The translations under genes and the position numbers were made by a program. A stretch of DNA of 64,000 bases from a virus (Duplodnaviria > Heunggongvirae > Uroviricota > Caudoviricetes), in IMG/VR virus record IMGVR_UViG_2740892449_000004; one strand, 5' to 3'. Shown here piece after piece: positions 33,554 to 43,403 of this stretch (its first letter is position 1; every line of letters begins with the position of its first letter). The notes below the pieces were generated by a model. That model was not told where the DNA came from. It saw only the letters and a list, made by a program, of their open reading frames with translations, and did not search any database.

Positions 33554-34455
33554 TGCTTAGCCTCTCCACCAAGGGCATTTACCAGAGCATCAACCAGGCA
33601 CGAAATTTCACTGGTCAACAGGAAGAAATCTGCGTCCAGTCGCTGCGCAACATCTTCACTATCAATATCAGAGTTCTGCTCAAGCAATTCATCCGCAAAT
33701 TTGACGCTGGTAAGGCTGAAGTTATGGTCCAGTGTAAATTTAATGCGGTTCTGCCAGTCGAGTGCCAACTTAGTAACGAGCTTGCCAGCTTCCAGGTGTG
33801 TGGAAATTTCATCGCTTCCCAAATCCTGCTTTTTCACTCGGGCAATACCGCCATCCTCAAGCACTGCCTTAAGTTCTGCCGCATCCCCCATTTGAAATCC
33901 CTGTGGAGCACTACCATCACGTACCCAGTCGGTCAGCGTTAATTCAATGGGATTTTCAACACTTAGGGGAACAACAGGAAGAGAACCCAGAGATTTACGC
34001 ATAAGCGCGAGCATATCCTCTGCCTGCCGCGCGCTGGCATTGATATAGATACGTTTAGTTGAACCGTCGTAGATCGCCTGGATAACAGAAAACTTTGAAA
34101 AAGCCCGTGGCAGAAGAGAATGCAGAACTTCGTCTTTCAGGGAGTCCTTCTCTGTTTTCTTCAGTTTACGCGCTTGTTCTTGCTCGAGTTTTTCAATTTT
34201 TTCTTGAATAGCTCGCTGGATAACCGGCGGGGGAAGGATTTTTGTTTCGCGCTTTGCTTCAACAAGGATAAAACCATTTCCATGCATAGCGATAACTTCG
34301 GAATTATCACCAAATGGAGATACAAAACCGAACTTGGCCATATCCTGACTACCGCATGGCGTGAAAAGGATCATTTTCTTTTTATCTTCTAAGTCGGTCA
34401 GATCCGCTTCACGAGAAAGTTTATAAATAGTAATGTTTTTCCAGTGCTTAAACAT
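33550..34455 (-). CDS. hrdC: RdgC-like recombination-associated protein
   Basis: Aligns along its length to E. coli RdgC from [16 protein letters not shown]; ORF-track start at 34569 is an upstream extension. Confidence 0.8.
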
Positions 34456-34732
34456 GTTGTAACCCTTGAATATCAACCACAGAAAGCTCGTTTTTGTAGA
34501 AAAAGGCCAGGTTGAGGCACCCCCTAGTTTGAGCGTATGAGCTGGGACCAATTTCGTTCTTCCAGACAAATGGCTTCAAATCCGTACGGCGAAGCATAAA
34601 AACGCGATTTGTTCCGCTCTGATTCCCAATGAGGCAAAAGCCTTCTTTCACCTTGATAGCCTGCAAGTTGTCGAGTTCACCGCTGGTTACACGGCTATCG
34701 AACTCTTTGCGGCTTATTAGCTCCATCTGCAT
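34448..34732 (-). CDS. uhr: Small protein upstream of hrdC
   Basis: about 95 codons from [11 protein letters not shown] with GGAG ribosome-binding site; 8-nt overlap with hrdC. Confidence 0.4.
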   Translation of the reverse strand: MQMELISRKEFDSRVTSGELDNLQAIKVKEGFCLIGNQSGTNRVFMLRRTDLKPFVWKNEIGPSSYAQTRGCLNLAFFYKNELSVVDIQGLQHV

Positions 34733-34803
34733 CTGACGACTCCAAACAAATACCCATTGAAGGGCGATGGCTGAATGGTACCGAAAACACGACATAAAAA
34801 ACA

Positions 34804-34820
34804 ATATTTATTAGAGCAAT
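34804..34820 (-). promoter_or_regulatory. C1 operator upstream of uhr-hrdC-dmt
   Basis: reverse complement ATTGCTCTAATAAATAT, 16/17. Confidence 0.5.
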
Positions 34821-34847
34821 CATGCAATAGTTAACACCATATAGACC

Positions 34848-34868
34848 ACAAGTAACCTAAGTTAAAAT
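34848..34868 (+). promoter_or_regulatory. Putative late promoter
   Basis: ACAAGTAAC-N6-TAAAAT, 33 nt upstream of the GTG start at 34901. Confidence 0.45.
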
Positions 34869-34900
34869 AACGAAAACCAGAGCAAATAATTGGTGATGAC

Positions 34901-35185
34901 GTGGCAAGTATTGCAACAAAAGACAGCATTTGTTCGGGGCACGGAGGATTCCCATCCAGGCCTCCTGTAGAGAGTGAACCACTACTTAAAGTCAACGGAG
35001 TCGAAGTGTTAGTTGATGGTAAGCAATATGCACAGCATACCGATGGAAACAGTACGCACGGTGGGCAAGCTATATCAACCAGGGCATGGTTTACCGTCAA
35101 TGGTAAAGGGATCGTATGCGTTGGTGACCCTGTTTCATGCGGATCTACCGTAGCGTCCGGAGACGGCCTGGTTCAGGTAAGTTAG
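34901..35185 (+). CDS. PAAR-like spike-tip protein (GTG start)
   Basis: 94-aa ORF with PAAR-like Gly/Cys pattern: DSICSGHGG...VNGVEV...HGG...VNGKGIVCVGDPVSCG. Confidence 0.5.
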   Translation: MASIATKDSICSGHGGFPSRPPVESEPLLKVNGVEVLVDGKQYAQHTDGNSTHGGQAISTRAWFTVNGKGIVCVGDPVSCGSTVASGDGLVQVS

Positions 35186-35193
35186 GAGATATC

Positions 35194-35982
35194 ATGCTGG
35201 AAAAAGACTACCAGTTATCCGCATATAAAAAATTGGCCGCCGCCGGTGGGATGAAAACACCTGGTGCCATAACATCGGCACGAAACAGTGCTAACACAGC
35301 AAAACTGCTTGCAGAAGAATTGACCGGATTAATTCTGGATACAATTGTCTATCCCGACACTATTACCAGCTATGTTTCAACGATCAGAACAACCACAACC
35401 GGCTTAACGAACATTGGAGAACTGGCAACTAAGCACGCGGACCTGTTGGCTGGTTATGCTGATCTGTCAATGCTCCTTCAACTCGATATTGGTTGGGATG
35501 TTTACTGTCGTGCTAATGAGCGAGAAGTATCAGAACTGCCGATCTCTATTGCCATTGGTGATGTGACTATTACTAAATCGCTTGAGGACGCTGTAAACGC
35601 GCTTAATACATCAAGTTTAGTCGCTGCTATGGGGGAGATTAACCAGACCCTTAACACTGGCTCAGGAAGCTCGTCAGGCTCTGGTTCAGGCGGCGGCACT
35701 GCCACTCCCCCACCAGCACTAACAGAAGAGCAAATTGAATCTCTGAAAGTAGCAACTGAACAGTTTGGGGTTGTTTTCAACCAGACAACAGCGCCCACAA
35801 CTGCGTTACAACAGCAGTATGAACGAGCGAATGAAAGCGCCAACGTAGCCATAACTGCTTATAACCATGCTATCGGTACCGCGCTTGCGGAAGCATCAGC
35901 AAATAAGGTCAGCACAGCCAGCGCAGTTGCCGCTTTGGTTCCTGATTCTGTTCTTGATGAATTAAACAAAGCGGCACAGTAA
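35194..35982 (+). CDS. Hypothetical protein with Gly/Ser-rich linker
   Basis: about 262 codons from MLEKDYQ behind AGGAGA; central SGSSSGSGSGGG linker. Confidence 0.5.
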   Translation: MLEKDYQLSAYKKLAAAGGMKTPGAITSARNSANTAKLLAEELTGLILDTIVYPDTITSYVSTIRTTTTGLTNIGELATKHADLLAGYADLSMLLQLDIGWDVYCRANEREVSELPISIAIGDVTITKSLEDAVNALNTSSLVAAMGEINQTLNTGSGSSSGSGSGGGTATPPPALTEEQIESLKVATEQFGVVFNQTTAPTTALQQQYERANESANVAITAYNHAIGTALAEASANKVSTASAVAALVPDSVLDELNKAAQ

Positions 35983-36021
35983 CAAAGGACTTCATTGATA
36001 ATTTTTCTTCAGGAGGAAGAC

Positions 36022-36444
36022 ATGTCATTCTTTTCTACGTTAAAAACAGCTTTGTCTTTGAAGGAGAAACTTGCTGCTACTGGTGTTCTTGTTCTGATTT
36101 GCGCACTTGTTGGTGCTGGGTTTGCATGGGAACGTCATCAGCTAAAGCAAGCCATGGAGAAAATTGGCAGTCTTGATCAGGCTGTTAAGGAACGTGATAA
36201 GTCAATAATGGATCTTAACCAGACCATTGAGACGATGAACAAAGCAGAGCAACATTTTCACAGCCAGGAAGTGAAAAATGAATCAGAACAAGCCAAATAT
36301 GCTGACAGGCAAATGGAACGAAAAGCTGAAGTTCAGAAACAACTGGTTGCGGCGGGTAATGTTCGCCAGCGCATTCCTGCTGACACTCAGCGGTTGCTCC
36401 GGGAGTCGATCAGCGAATTTAACGCCGACGCCGACAAAGGTTAA
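36022..36444 (+). CDS. i-spanin-like protein (N-terminal TM helix plus periplasmic coiled coil)
   Basis: 141 codons from MSFFSTLK behind AGGAGGA; TM helix ATGVLVLICALVGAGFAW then charged coiled-coil region. Confidence 0.5.
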   Translation: MSFFSTLKTALSLKEKLAATGVLVLICALVGAGFAWERHQLKQAMEKIGSLDQAVKERDKSIMDLNQTIETMNKAEQHFHSQEVKNESEQAKYADRQMERKAEVQKQLVAAGNVRQRIPADTQRLLRESISEFNADADKG

Positions 36445-36610
36445 CCACCCTGCCCCCAAAAGTGCATTTATGTGCAGAATGCCAGAGTTTAGCAGTGAAT
36501 ATTTTGATGATCTGCCAGCGTATATCCTCGATACAGAAACGATGCTGAAGGGGATTAACAGGAAGAATCGCAACGTTAATGATTACAACCGTGCTATCAG
36601 CGGTAACTAA
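36278..36610 (+). CDS. o-spanin-like lipoprotein overlapping the i-spanin gene in another frame
   Basis: Lipobox LLTLSGC followed by Pro-rich mature region (TPTPTKVNHPAP); starts inside the 36022..36444 gene and extends beyond it; exact start uncertain. Confidence 0.45.
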   Translation: MNQNKPNMLTGKWNEKLKFRNNWLRRVMFASAFLLTLSGCSGSRSANLTPTPTKVNHPAPKSAFMCRMPEFSSEYFDDLPAYILDTETMLKGINRKNRNVNDYNRAISGN

Positions 36611-36621
36611 AAGGAAAAACT

Positions 36622-36981
36622 ATGTCCGATATGGAAATTGAAAAAGAGATTCTGGCCAAAGGCAAAACAGCACCACGCCTGACTCCTGATCACATCGAGA
36701 GTGTGATTGCCGAAGAGCATTATTTCACAGCTTTTGACGGCATTCGCGCTGCGCACGAAGGCGTTCGTGAGGTGCTGTCTGTTCATCCCTCTACGCGTAG
36801 CCTGACCATCTGTGTCTTGGTGCTGTGCAATGGATTCATTGTTACCGGGGAAAGCGCCTGTGCCAGCCCTGAAAATTTCGACGCGGAGATTGGCCGTAAG
36901 GTGGCCCGTAAGAACGCCATTGAGAAAATCTGGCCGCTGGAAGGTTATCTGCTGAAGCAAAAGCTCAGCGAGCAGATTTAA
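36622..36981 (+). CDS. Hypothetical protein
   Basis: 119-aa ORF. Confidence 0.5.
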   Translation: MSDMEIEKEILAKGKTAPRLTPDHIESVIAEEHYFTAFDGIRAAHEGVREVLSVHPSTRSLTICVLVLCNGFIVTGESACASPENFDAEIGRKVARKNAIEKIWPLEGYLLKQKLSEQI

Positions 36982-37051
36982 TCAACTGTAGAAATCGTAA
37001 TATCAACACTCATGACTTTACTTTGGCAGGAAGCCACTAAGGACAAACAAC

Positions 37052-37453
37052 ATGTTTGCGGTTAAACAAGAAATAAACAACGCTACTTCTTTGTTCGAAA
37101 TTGAGAGTATTACCGTTGGATATCCTGGGTCAGATCAATTTAAACAGGCGTTCGAGATTGCTGAAGAACTGGGTATCAAAACGCCTGATGCGATTGAATA
37201 TATCCCTGTTGCGTACGAAGATGAGGAGATGACAAAGGCAATCGGGGAAGAGCAAACTTTGAGTACAGAGCGTAAGGATGTACAGCGGGATGACTGTATC
37301 GCCGTGATTTGCTCTGGGGTTGCTTCTGAAATGTTCCCCGACCTCCCTGCCATAGGAGGTGTTGGTTATCAATTCCTCTACAAAGGTGATACGTTACGCA
37401 TCTATACAAGTAGTTTGTTGATCGAAGAAGTAGGTACGGAAAACGACAACTAA
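37052..37453 (+). CDS. Hypothetical acidic protein
   Basis: 133-aa ORF. Confidence 0.5.
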   Translation: MFAVKQEINNATSLFEIESITVGYPGSDQFKQAFEIAEELGIKTPDAIEYIPVAYEDEEMTKAIGEEQTLSTERKDVQRDDCIAVICSGVASEMFPDLPAIGGVGYQFLYKGDTLRIYTSSLLIEEVGTENDN

Positions 37454-37619
37454 TTCGCTTCAACTCTTCACAGAAATCGGTCCTCAGTGGCCGGTTTTTC
37501 ACTTATCCACATTATCCACTGGGTAGATCCAATAATCAGGTCCATACAGATCCCAATTAGATCCATATAGATCCCTGATCGTTGCAGGCCGCGCCACGTC
37601 TGGCTTAGAAGTGTATCGC

Positions 37620-37724
37620 GATGTGTGCTGGAGGGAAAACGATGTGTGCTGGAGGGATAAAAATGTGTGCTGACGGGTTGCTAATGTGTGCTGGCGGGAT
37701 ATAGGATGTGTGCTGACGGGAAAG
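37620..37724. repeat. incC: five direct 19-bp RepA iterons (plasmid origin oriR)
   Basis: Five copies of (G)ATGTGTGCTGGAGGG-like iteron, same orientation, upstream of repA. Confidence 0.8.
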
Positions 37725-37779
37725 CCTGGGTAGTTATCACCACTTATAAAAACTATCCACACAATTCGGAAAAAGTAAT

Positions 37780-38640
37780 ATGAATCAATCATTTATCTCC
37801 GATATTCTTTACGCAGACATTGAAAGTAAGGCAAAAGAACTAACAGTTAATTCAAACAACACTGTGCAGCCTGTAGCGTTGATGCGCTTGGGGGTATTCG
37901 TGCCGAAGCCATCAAAGAGCAAAGGAGAAAGTAAAGAGATTGATGCCACCAAAGCGTTTTCCCAGCTGGAGATAGCTAAAGCCGAGGGTTACGATGATAT
38001 TAAAATCACCGGTCCTCGACTCGATATGGATACTGATTTCAAAACGTGGATCGGTGTCATCTACGCGTTCAGCAAATACGGCTTGTCCTCAAACACCATC
38101 CAGTTATCGTTTCAGGAATTCGCTAAAGCCTGTGGTTTCCCCTCAAAACGTCTGGATGCGAAACTGCGTTTAACCATTCATGAATCACTTGGACGCTTGC
38201 GTAACAAGGGTATCGCTTTTAAGCGCGGAAAAGATGCTAAAGGCGGCTATCAGACTGGTCTGCTGAAGGTCGGGCGTTTTGATGCTGACCTTGATCTGAT
38301 AGAGCTGGAGGCTGATTCGAAGTTGTGGGAGCTGTTCCAGCTTGATTATCGCGTTCTGTTGCAACACCACGCCTTGCGTGCCCTTCCGAAGAAAGAAGCT
38401 GCACAAGCCATTTACACTTTCATCGAAAGCCTTCCGCAGAACCCGTTGCCGCTATCGTTCGCGCGAATCCGTGAGCGCCTGGCTTTGCAGTCAGCTGTTG
38501 GCGAGCAAAACCGTATCATTAAGAAAGCGATAGAACAGCTTAAAACAATCGGCTATCTCGACTGTTCAATTGAGAAGAAAGGCCGGGAAAGTTTTGTAAT
38601 CGTCCATTCTCGCAATCCAAAGCTGAAACTCCCCGAATAA
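37780..38640 (+). CDS. repA: RepA plasmid replication initiator
   Basis: 286-aa ORF flanked by iteron arrays; sequence matches recalled P1 RepA. Confidence 0.9.
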   Translation: MNQSFISDILYADIESKAKELTVNSNNTVQPVALMRLGVFVPKPSKSKGESKEIDATKAFSQLEIAKAEGYDDIKITGPRLDMDTDFKTWIGVIYAFSKYGLSSNTIQLSFQEFAKACGFPSKRLDAKLRLTIHESLGRLRNKGIAFKRGKDAKGGYQTGLLKVGRFDADLDLIELEADSKLWELFQLDYRVLLQHHALRALPKKEAAQAIYTFIESLPQNPLPLSFARIRERLALQSAVGEQNRIIKKAIEQLKTIGYLDCSIEKKGRESFVIVHSRNPKLKLPE

Positions 38641-38924
38641 GTGTGTGCTGGAGGGCAGCTGCATTCAAAAAATGTGTGCTGCCGGGAAGGCTTGTCCAAT
38701 TTCCTGTTTTTGATGTGCGCTGGAGGGGGACGCCCCGCAGTTTGCCCAGACTTTCCCTCCAGCACACATCTGTCCATCAGTTTTTCCCTCCAGCGCACAT
38801 GTAATTCTCTGTCTTTCCCTCCAGCACACATATTTGATACCAGCGATCCCTCCACAGCACATAATTCAATGCGACTTCCCTCTATCGCACATCTTAGACT
38901 TTTATTCTCCCTCCAGCACACATC
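38641..38924. repeat. incA: nine RepA iterons in two orientations (copy-number control)
   Basis: Three iterons in repA orientation (38641, 38671, 38712) and six inverted (38753 to 38924), irregular spacing. Confidence 0.8.
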
Positions 38925-39197
38925 GAAGCTGCCGGGCAAGCCGTTCTCACCAGTTGATAGAGAGTGAAGCCTGGCTGCCCGTTGAAGCAGGAAATCACCA
39001 AAATGATTCAGGCTACAACCTGAACATAGAAGAAATCCGCGTCCTTTATACGTGGAGGATGCCAAAGCATGTTGTGACACACTTGGCAAAGGAGTAAACA
39101 TGCAGAGAATGCTATGTACAAGCATCTGCGCATACATTATTATTTTATGCAGCATTTTTAATTAAATTCAAAAATACAGCATAAAGGATGACTTTCG

Positions 39198-40393
39198 ATG
39201 AGTGATTCCAGCCAGCTTCACAAGGTTGCTCAAAGAGCAAACAGAATGCTCAATGTTCTGACTGAACAAGTACAGTTGCAAAAGGATGAGCTACACGCGA
39301 ACGAGTTTTACCAGGTCTATGCGAAAGCGGCACTGGCAAAATTGCCTCTACTGACTCGAGCGAACGTTGACTATGCCGTAAGTGAAATGGAAGAAAAGGG
39401 CTATGTTTTCGATAAACGCCCTGCTGGCTCTTCAATGAAATATGCGATGTCAATTCAGAACATCATTGACATATATGAACATCGCGGAGTGCCAAAATAC
39501 CGGGATCGCTACAGCGAAGCGTATGTGATTTTCATCTCCAATCTTAAAGGCGGAGTGTCAAAAACTGTATCGACGGTTTCTCTGGCGCATGCAATGCGTG
39601 CCCACCCTCATCTTCTGATGGAAGATTTAAGGATTCTGGTTATTGACCTTGATCCGCAATCTTCAGCAACGATGTTTTTAAGCCATAAACACTCTATTGG
39701 TATCGTAAACGCAACATCTGCACAGGCTATGTTGCAGAATGTAAGCCGTGAAGAGCTGTTAGAGGAGTTTATTGTTCCTTCTGTTGTACCTGGGGTTGAC
39801 GTTATGCCTGCGTCGATTGACGATGCCTTTATTGCATCCGATTGGAGAGAGCTGTGCAATGAGCATCTACCGGGTCAGAACATCCATGCTGTCCTGAAAG
39901 AAAATGTGATTGATAAGCTGAAGAGCGATTATGACTTTATCCTCGTTGATAGTGGTCCTCACCTTGACGCCTTCCTGAAAAATGCTTTGGCCTCGGCCAA
40001 TATACTGTTTACACCTCTGCCGCCAGCAACTGTCGATTTCCACTCATCGCTTAAATACGTTGCCCGCCTTCCTGAGTTGGTGAAACTCATTTCGGATGAA
40101 GCTGCGAGTGCCAGCTTGCGACTAACATTGGTTTTATGTCCAAGTTGAGTAACAAGGCAGATCATAAGTATTGCCATAGCTTGGCTAAAGAAGTGTTCGG
40201 TGGGGATATGCTCGATGTCGTCCTCCCTCGCCTTGACGGTTTTGAACGTTGCGGCGAGTCTTTTGACACTGTTATTTCAGCTAACCCGGCAACGTATGTT
40301 GGTAGTGCTGATGCATTGAAGAACGCGCGAATTGCCGCGGAAGATTTTGCTAAAGCAGTTTTTGACCGTATTGAATTTATCAGATCTAACTGA
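39198..40393 (+). CDS. parA: ParA partition ATPase (frameshifted near 40100-40103)
   Basis: 316-aa ORF with deviant Walker A (KGGVSKT) plus overlapping 85-aa ORF carrying the C-terminus; frames join if one G is restored at GAAG|CTGCGAG. Confidence 0.85.
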
Positions 40394-40409
40394 GGAGTAA
40401 GAAACCCCC

Positions 40410-41438
40410 ATGTCAAAGAAAAACAGACCAACAATTGGGCGAACCCTTAATCCTTCAATATTAAGCGGATTTGATAGTTCTTCAGCCTCTGGCGATCGAG
40501 TCGAGCAGGTATTCAAGTTATCAACTGGTCGCCAGGCCACATTTATTGAAGAGGTAATACCTCCGAACCAGGTAGAAAGCGATACCTTTGTTGATCAGCA
40601 TAACAACGGGCGTGACCAGGCATCTCTTACGCCAAAATCATTAAAAAGTATCCGAAGCACTATTAAGCATCAGCAATTTTACCCTGCAATAGGTGTTAGA
40701 CGGGCTACAGGGAAAATTGAAATTTTGGATGGTTCCCGGCGTCGAGCTTCTGCCATCTTAGAGAACGTAGGGTTGCGGGTTTTAGTCACGGACCAGGAGA
40801 TCAGCGTTCAGGAAGCGCAAAATTTAGCGAAAGACGTTCAGACAGCATTGCAGCACAGCATTCGAGAAATAGGTCTGCGTTTGATGCGAATGAAAAATGA
40901 TGGGATGAGTCAGAAGGATATTGCAGCCAAGGAAGGGCTGTCTCAGGCGAAAGTCACGCGTGCTCTCCAGGCAGCGAGTGCTCCGGAAGAATTAGTCGCC
41001 CTTTTCCCTGTGCAGTCGGAATTAACCTTTTCGGACTACAAAACGCTTTGTGCTGTTGGCGACGAAATGGGGAACAAGAATTTAGAGTTTGATCAGCTTA
41101 TTCAAAACATATCCCCGGAAATAAACGACATCTTATCCATTGAAGAAATGGCCGAAGATGAAGTTAAAAATAAAATCCTGCGCTTGATAACAAAGGAAGC
41201 CTCACTACTCACGGATAAAGGTTCTAAAGATAAGTCCGTAGTTACTGAATTATGGAAATTTGAGGACAAGGATCGCTTTGCAAGGAAGCGCGTGAAAGGC
41301 CGTGCATTTTCTTATGAGTTTAATCGACTTTCAAAAGAGCTACAGGAAGAACTCGACAGGATGATTGGGCATATCCTTAGAAAGAGCTCGATAAAAAGCC
41401 GAAGCCTTAAACTTTCGCCATTCAAATTTCACTATTAA
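40410..41438 (+). CDS. parB: ParB centromere-binding protein
   Basis: 342-aa ORF directly after parA, followed by parS. Confidence 0.85.
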   Translation: MSKKNRPTIGRTLNPSILSGFDSSSASGDRVEQVFKLSTGRQATFIEEVIPPNQVESDTFVDQHNNGRDQASLTPKSLKSIRSTIKHQQFYPAIGVRRATGKIEILDGSRRRASAILENVGLRVLVTDQEISVQEAQNLAKDVQTALQHSIREIGLRLMRMKNDGMSQKDIAAKEGLSQAKVTRALQAASAPEELVALFPVQSELTFSDYKTLCAVGDEMGNKNLEFDQLIQNISPEINDILSIEEMAEDEVKNKILRLITKEASLLTDKGSKDKSVVTELWKFEDKDRFARKRVKGRAFSYEFNRLSKELQEELDRMIGHILRKSSIKSRSLKLSPFKFHY

Positions 41439-41439
41439 C

Positions 41440-41505
41440 CTACTGTTTTTAAAGTAAATCACTCTAAAATTTCAAGGTGAAATCGCCACGATTTCACCTT
41501 GGATT
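41440..41505. other. parS partition site
   Basis: AAGGTGAAATCGCCACGATTTCACCTTGG: inverted heptamers GTGAAAT/ATTTCAC around hexamer TCGCCA, directly after parB. Confidence 0.65.
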
Positions 41506-41564
41506 TTACCTTCCTCCCCTACTCCCGAAAAAAAATAAAAAAATTGCTTGTCACGAGAAAGTCA

Positions 41565-41585
41565 ACAAGTGACTTTCAATAAAAT
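41565..41585 (+). promoter_or_regulatory. Putative late promoter
   Basis: ACAAGTGAC-N6-TAAAAT upstream of the large structural gene. Confidence 0.5.
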
Positions 41586-41615
41586 CTCTTCCGAAAAGGG
41601 ATTCACACAAGTGCC

Positions 41616-43343
41616 TTGTGTTTAAGGAAGAGTAAATTGAGTAACTTACGCGAATACCAGAATCGTATTGCAGATATCGCAAAACGCTCTAAAGCTGTGC
41701 TTGGCTGGGCAAGCACTGCGCAGTTCGGTACTGATAACCAATTCATTAAAGATGATGCCGCGCGTGCCGCATCTATCCTTGAAGCTGCACGTAAAGACCC
41801 AATTTTTGCGGGTATCTCTGATAATGCCACCGCTCAAATCGCTACAGCGTGGGCAAGTGCACTGGCTGACTACGCCGCAGCACATAAATCTATGCCGCGT
41901 CCGGAAATTCTGGCCTCCTGCCACCAGACGCTGGAAAACTGCCTGATTGAGTCCACCCGCAATAGCATGGATGCCACTAATAAAGCGATGCTGGAATCCG
42001 TCGCAGCAGAGATGATGAGCGTTTCTGACGGTGTTATGCGTCTGCCTTTATTCCTCGCGATGATCCTGCCTGTTCAGTTGGGGGCAGCTACCGCTGATGC
42101 GTGTACCTTCATTCCGGTTACGCGTGACCAGTCCGACATCTATGAAGTTTTTAACGTGGCAGGTTCCTCTTTTGGTTCTTATGCTGCTGGTGATGTTCTG
42201 GACATGCAATCCGTCGGTGTGTACAGCCAGTTACGCCGCCGCTATGTGCTGGTGGCAAGCTCCGATGGCACCAGCAAAACCGCAACCTTCAAGATGGAAG
42301 ACTTCGAAGGCCAGAATGTACCAATCCGAAAAGGTCGCACTAATATCTACGTTAACCGTATTAAGTCTGTTGTTGATAACGGTTCCGGCAGCCTACTTCA
42401 CTCGTTTACTAATGCTGCTGGTGAGCAAATCACTGTTACCTGCTCTCTGAACTACAACATTGGTCAGATTGCCCTGTCGTTCTCCAAAGCGCCGGATAAA
42501 GGCACTGAGATCGCAATTGAGACGGAAATCAATATTGAAGCCGCTCCTGAGCTGATCCCGCTGATCAACCACGAAATGAAGAAATACACCCTGTTCCCAA
42601 GCCAGTTCGTTATCGCGGCTGAGCACACGGTACAGGCGGCGTATGAAGCACAGCGTGAATTTGGTCTGGACCTGGGTTCCCTACAGTTCCGCACCCTGAA
42701 GGAATACCTGTCTCATGAACAGGATATGCTGCGTCTTCGCATCATGATCTGGCGTACTCTTGCGACCGACACCTTTGACATCGCTCTGCCGGTTAACCAG
42801 TCCTTTGATGTATGGGCAACCATCATTCGTGGCAAATTCCAGACTGTATATCGCGACATTATTGAGCGCGTTAAATCTTCTGGTGCGATGGGGATGTTTG
42901 CTGGTGCTGATGCAGCATCTTTCTTCAAACAGTTGCCGAAGGATTTCTTCCAGCCAGCCGAAGACTATATCCAGACTCCGTATGTTCACTACATCGGTAC
43001 CCTGTTCGGTAACGTGAAAGTGTACGAAGTACCTGCTGGTATTTGTAAGAACTTAACGACAGAGAACATTCAGTTCAGCTCGATGGATGTGCTGTGCTAC
43101 GTCCGTGATGAAAATCCGGGTAAAGCAGGCTTCGTGACTGGTGATGCTGTCCCGGCTATCCCGTTCCAGCATCCGACCACTCCGGCGCTGGTCAACCGTA
43201 CCACACTGTGGGGTTCGGCTATCAACGATATGCACCCACGCAACGGCGCTGATTACTTCACTCGTGTAACGCTGACAATGGCCAAAAAAGGCGGGCTTAA
43301 CTTCATTAGCGGCGACACGATTGATGCCGGTGACTCTGAGTAA
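41616..43343 (+). CDS. Major structural protein (P1 gp23-like, head protein candidate)
   Basis: 575-aa ORF with TTG start (alternative TTG at 41637 behind AAGGAAGAG); assignment from position next to parS and size. Confidence 0.55.
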   Translation: MCLRKSKLSNLREYQNRIADIAKRSKAVLGWASTAQFGTDNQFIKDDAARAASILEAARKDPIFAGISDNATAQIATAWASALADYAAAHKSMPRPEILASCHQTLENCLIESTRNSMDATNKAMLESVAAEMMSVSDGVMRLPLFLAMILPVQLGAATADACTFIPVTRDQSDIYEVFNVAGSSFGSYAAGDVLDMQSVGVYSQLRRRYVLVASSDGTSKTATFKMEDFEGQNVPIRKGRTNIYVNRIKSVVDNGSGSLLHSFTNAAGEQITVTCSLNYNIGQIALSFSKAPDKGTEIAIETEINIEAAPELIPLINHEMKKYTLFPSQFVIAAEHTVQAAYEAQREFGLDLGSLQFRTLKEYLSHEQDMLRLRIMIWRTLATDTFDIALPVNQSFDVWATIIRGKFQTVYRDIIERVKSSGAMGMFAGADAASFFKQLPKDFFQPAEDYIQTPYVHYIGTLFGNVKVYEVPAGICKNLTTENIQFSSMDVLCYVRDENPGKAGFVTGDAVPAIPFQHPTTPALVNRTTLWGSAINDMHPRNGADYFTRVTLTMAKKGGLNFISGDTIDAGDSE

Positions 43344-43403
43344 TCAGGGGAAGTTCTCCGTTTAACATAGCGCCCCCGTGCGGGGCGCATAACAGGGAAA
43401 GTT

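Noticed and set aside
37620-38924. CRISPR array suggested by repeated GATGTGTGCTGGAGGG units
   Set aside because: Irregular spacing, mixed orientation, no cas genes, and the units flank repA; these are RepA iterons.
38553-39155. 200-aa minus-strand ORF across incA
   Set aside because: Reads antisense through the iteron array.
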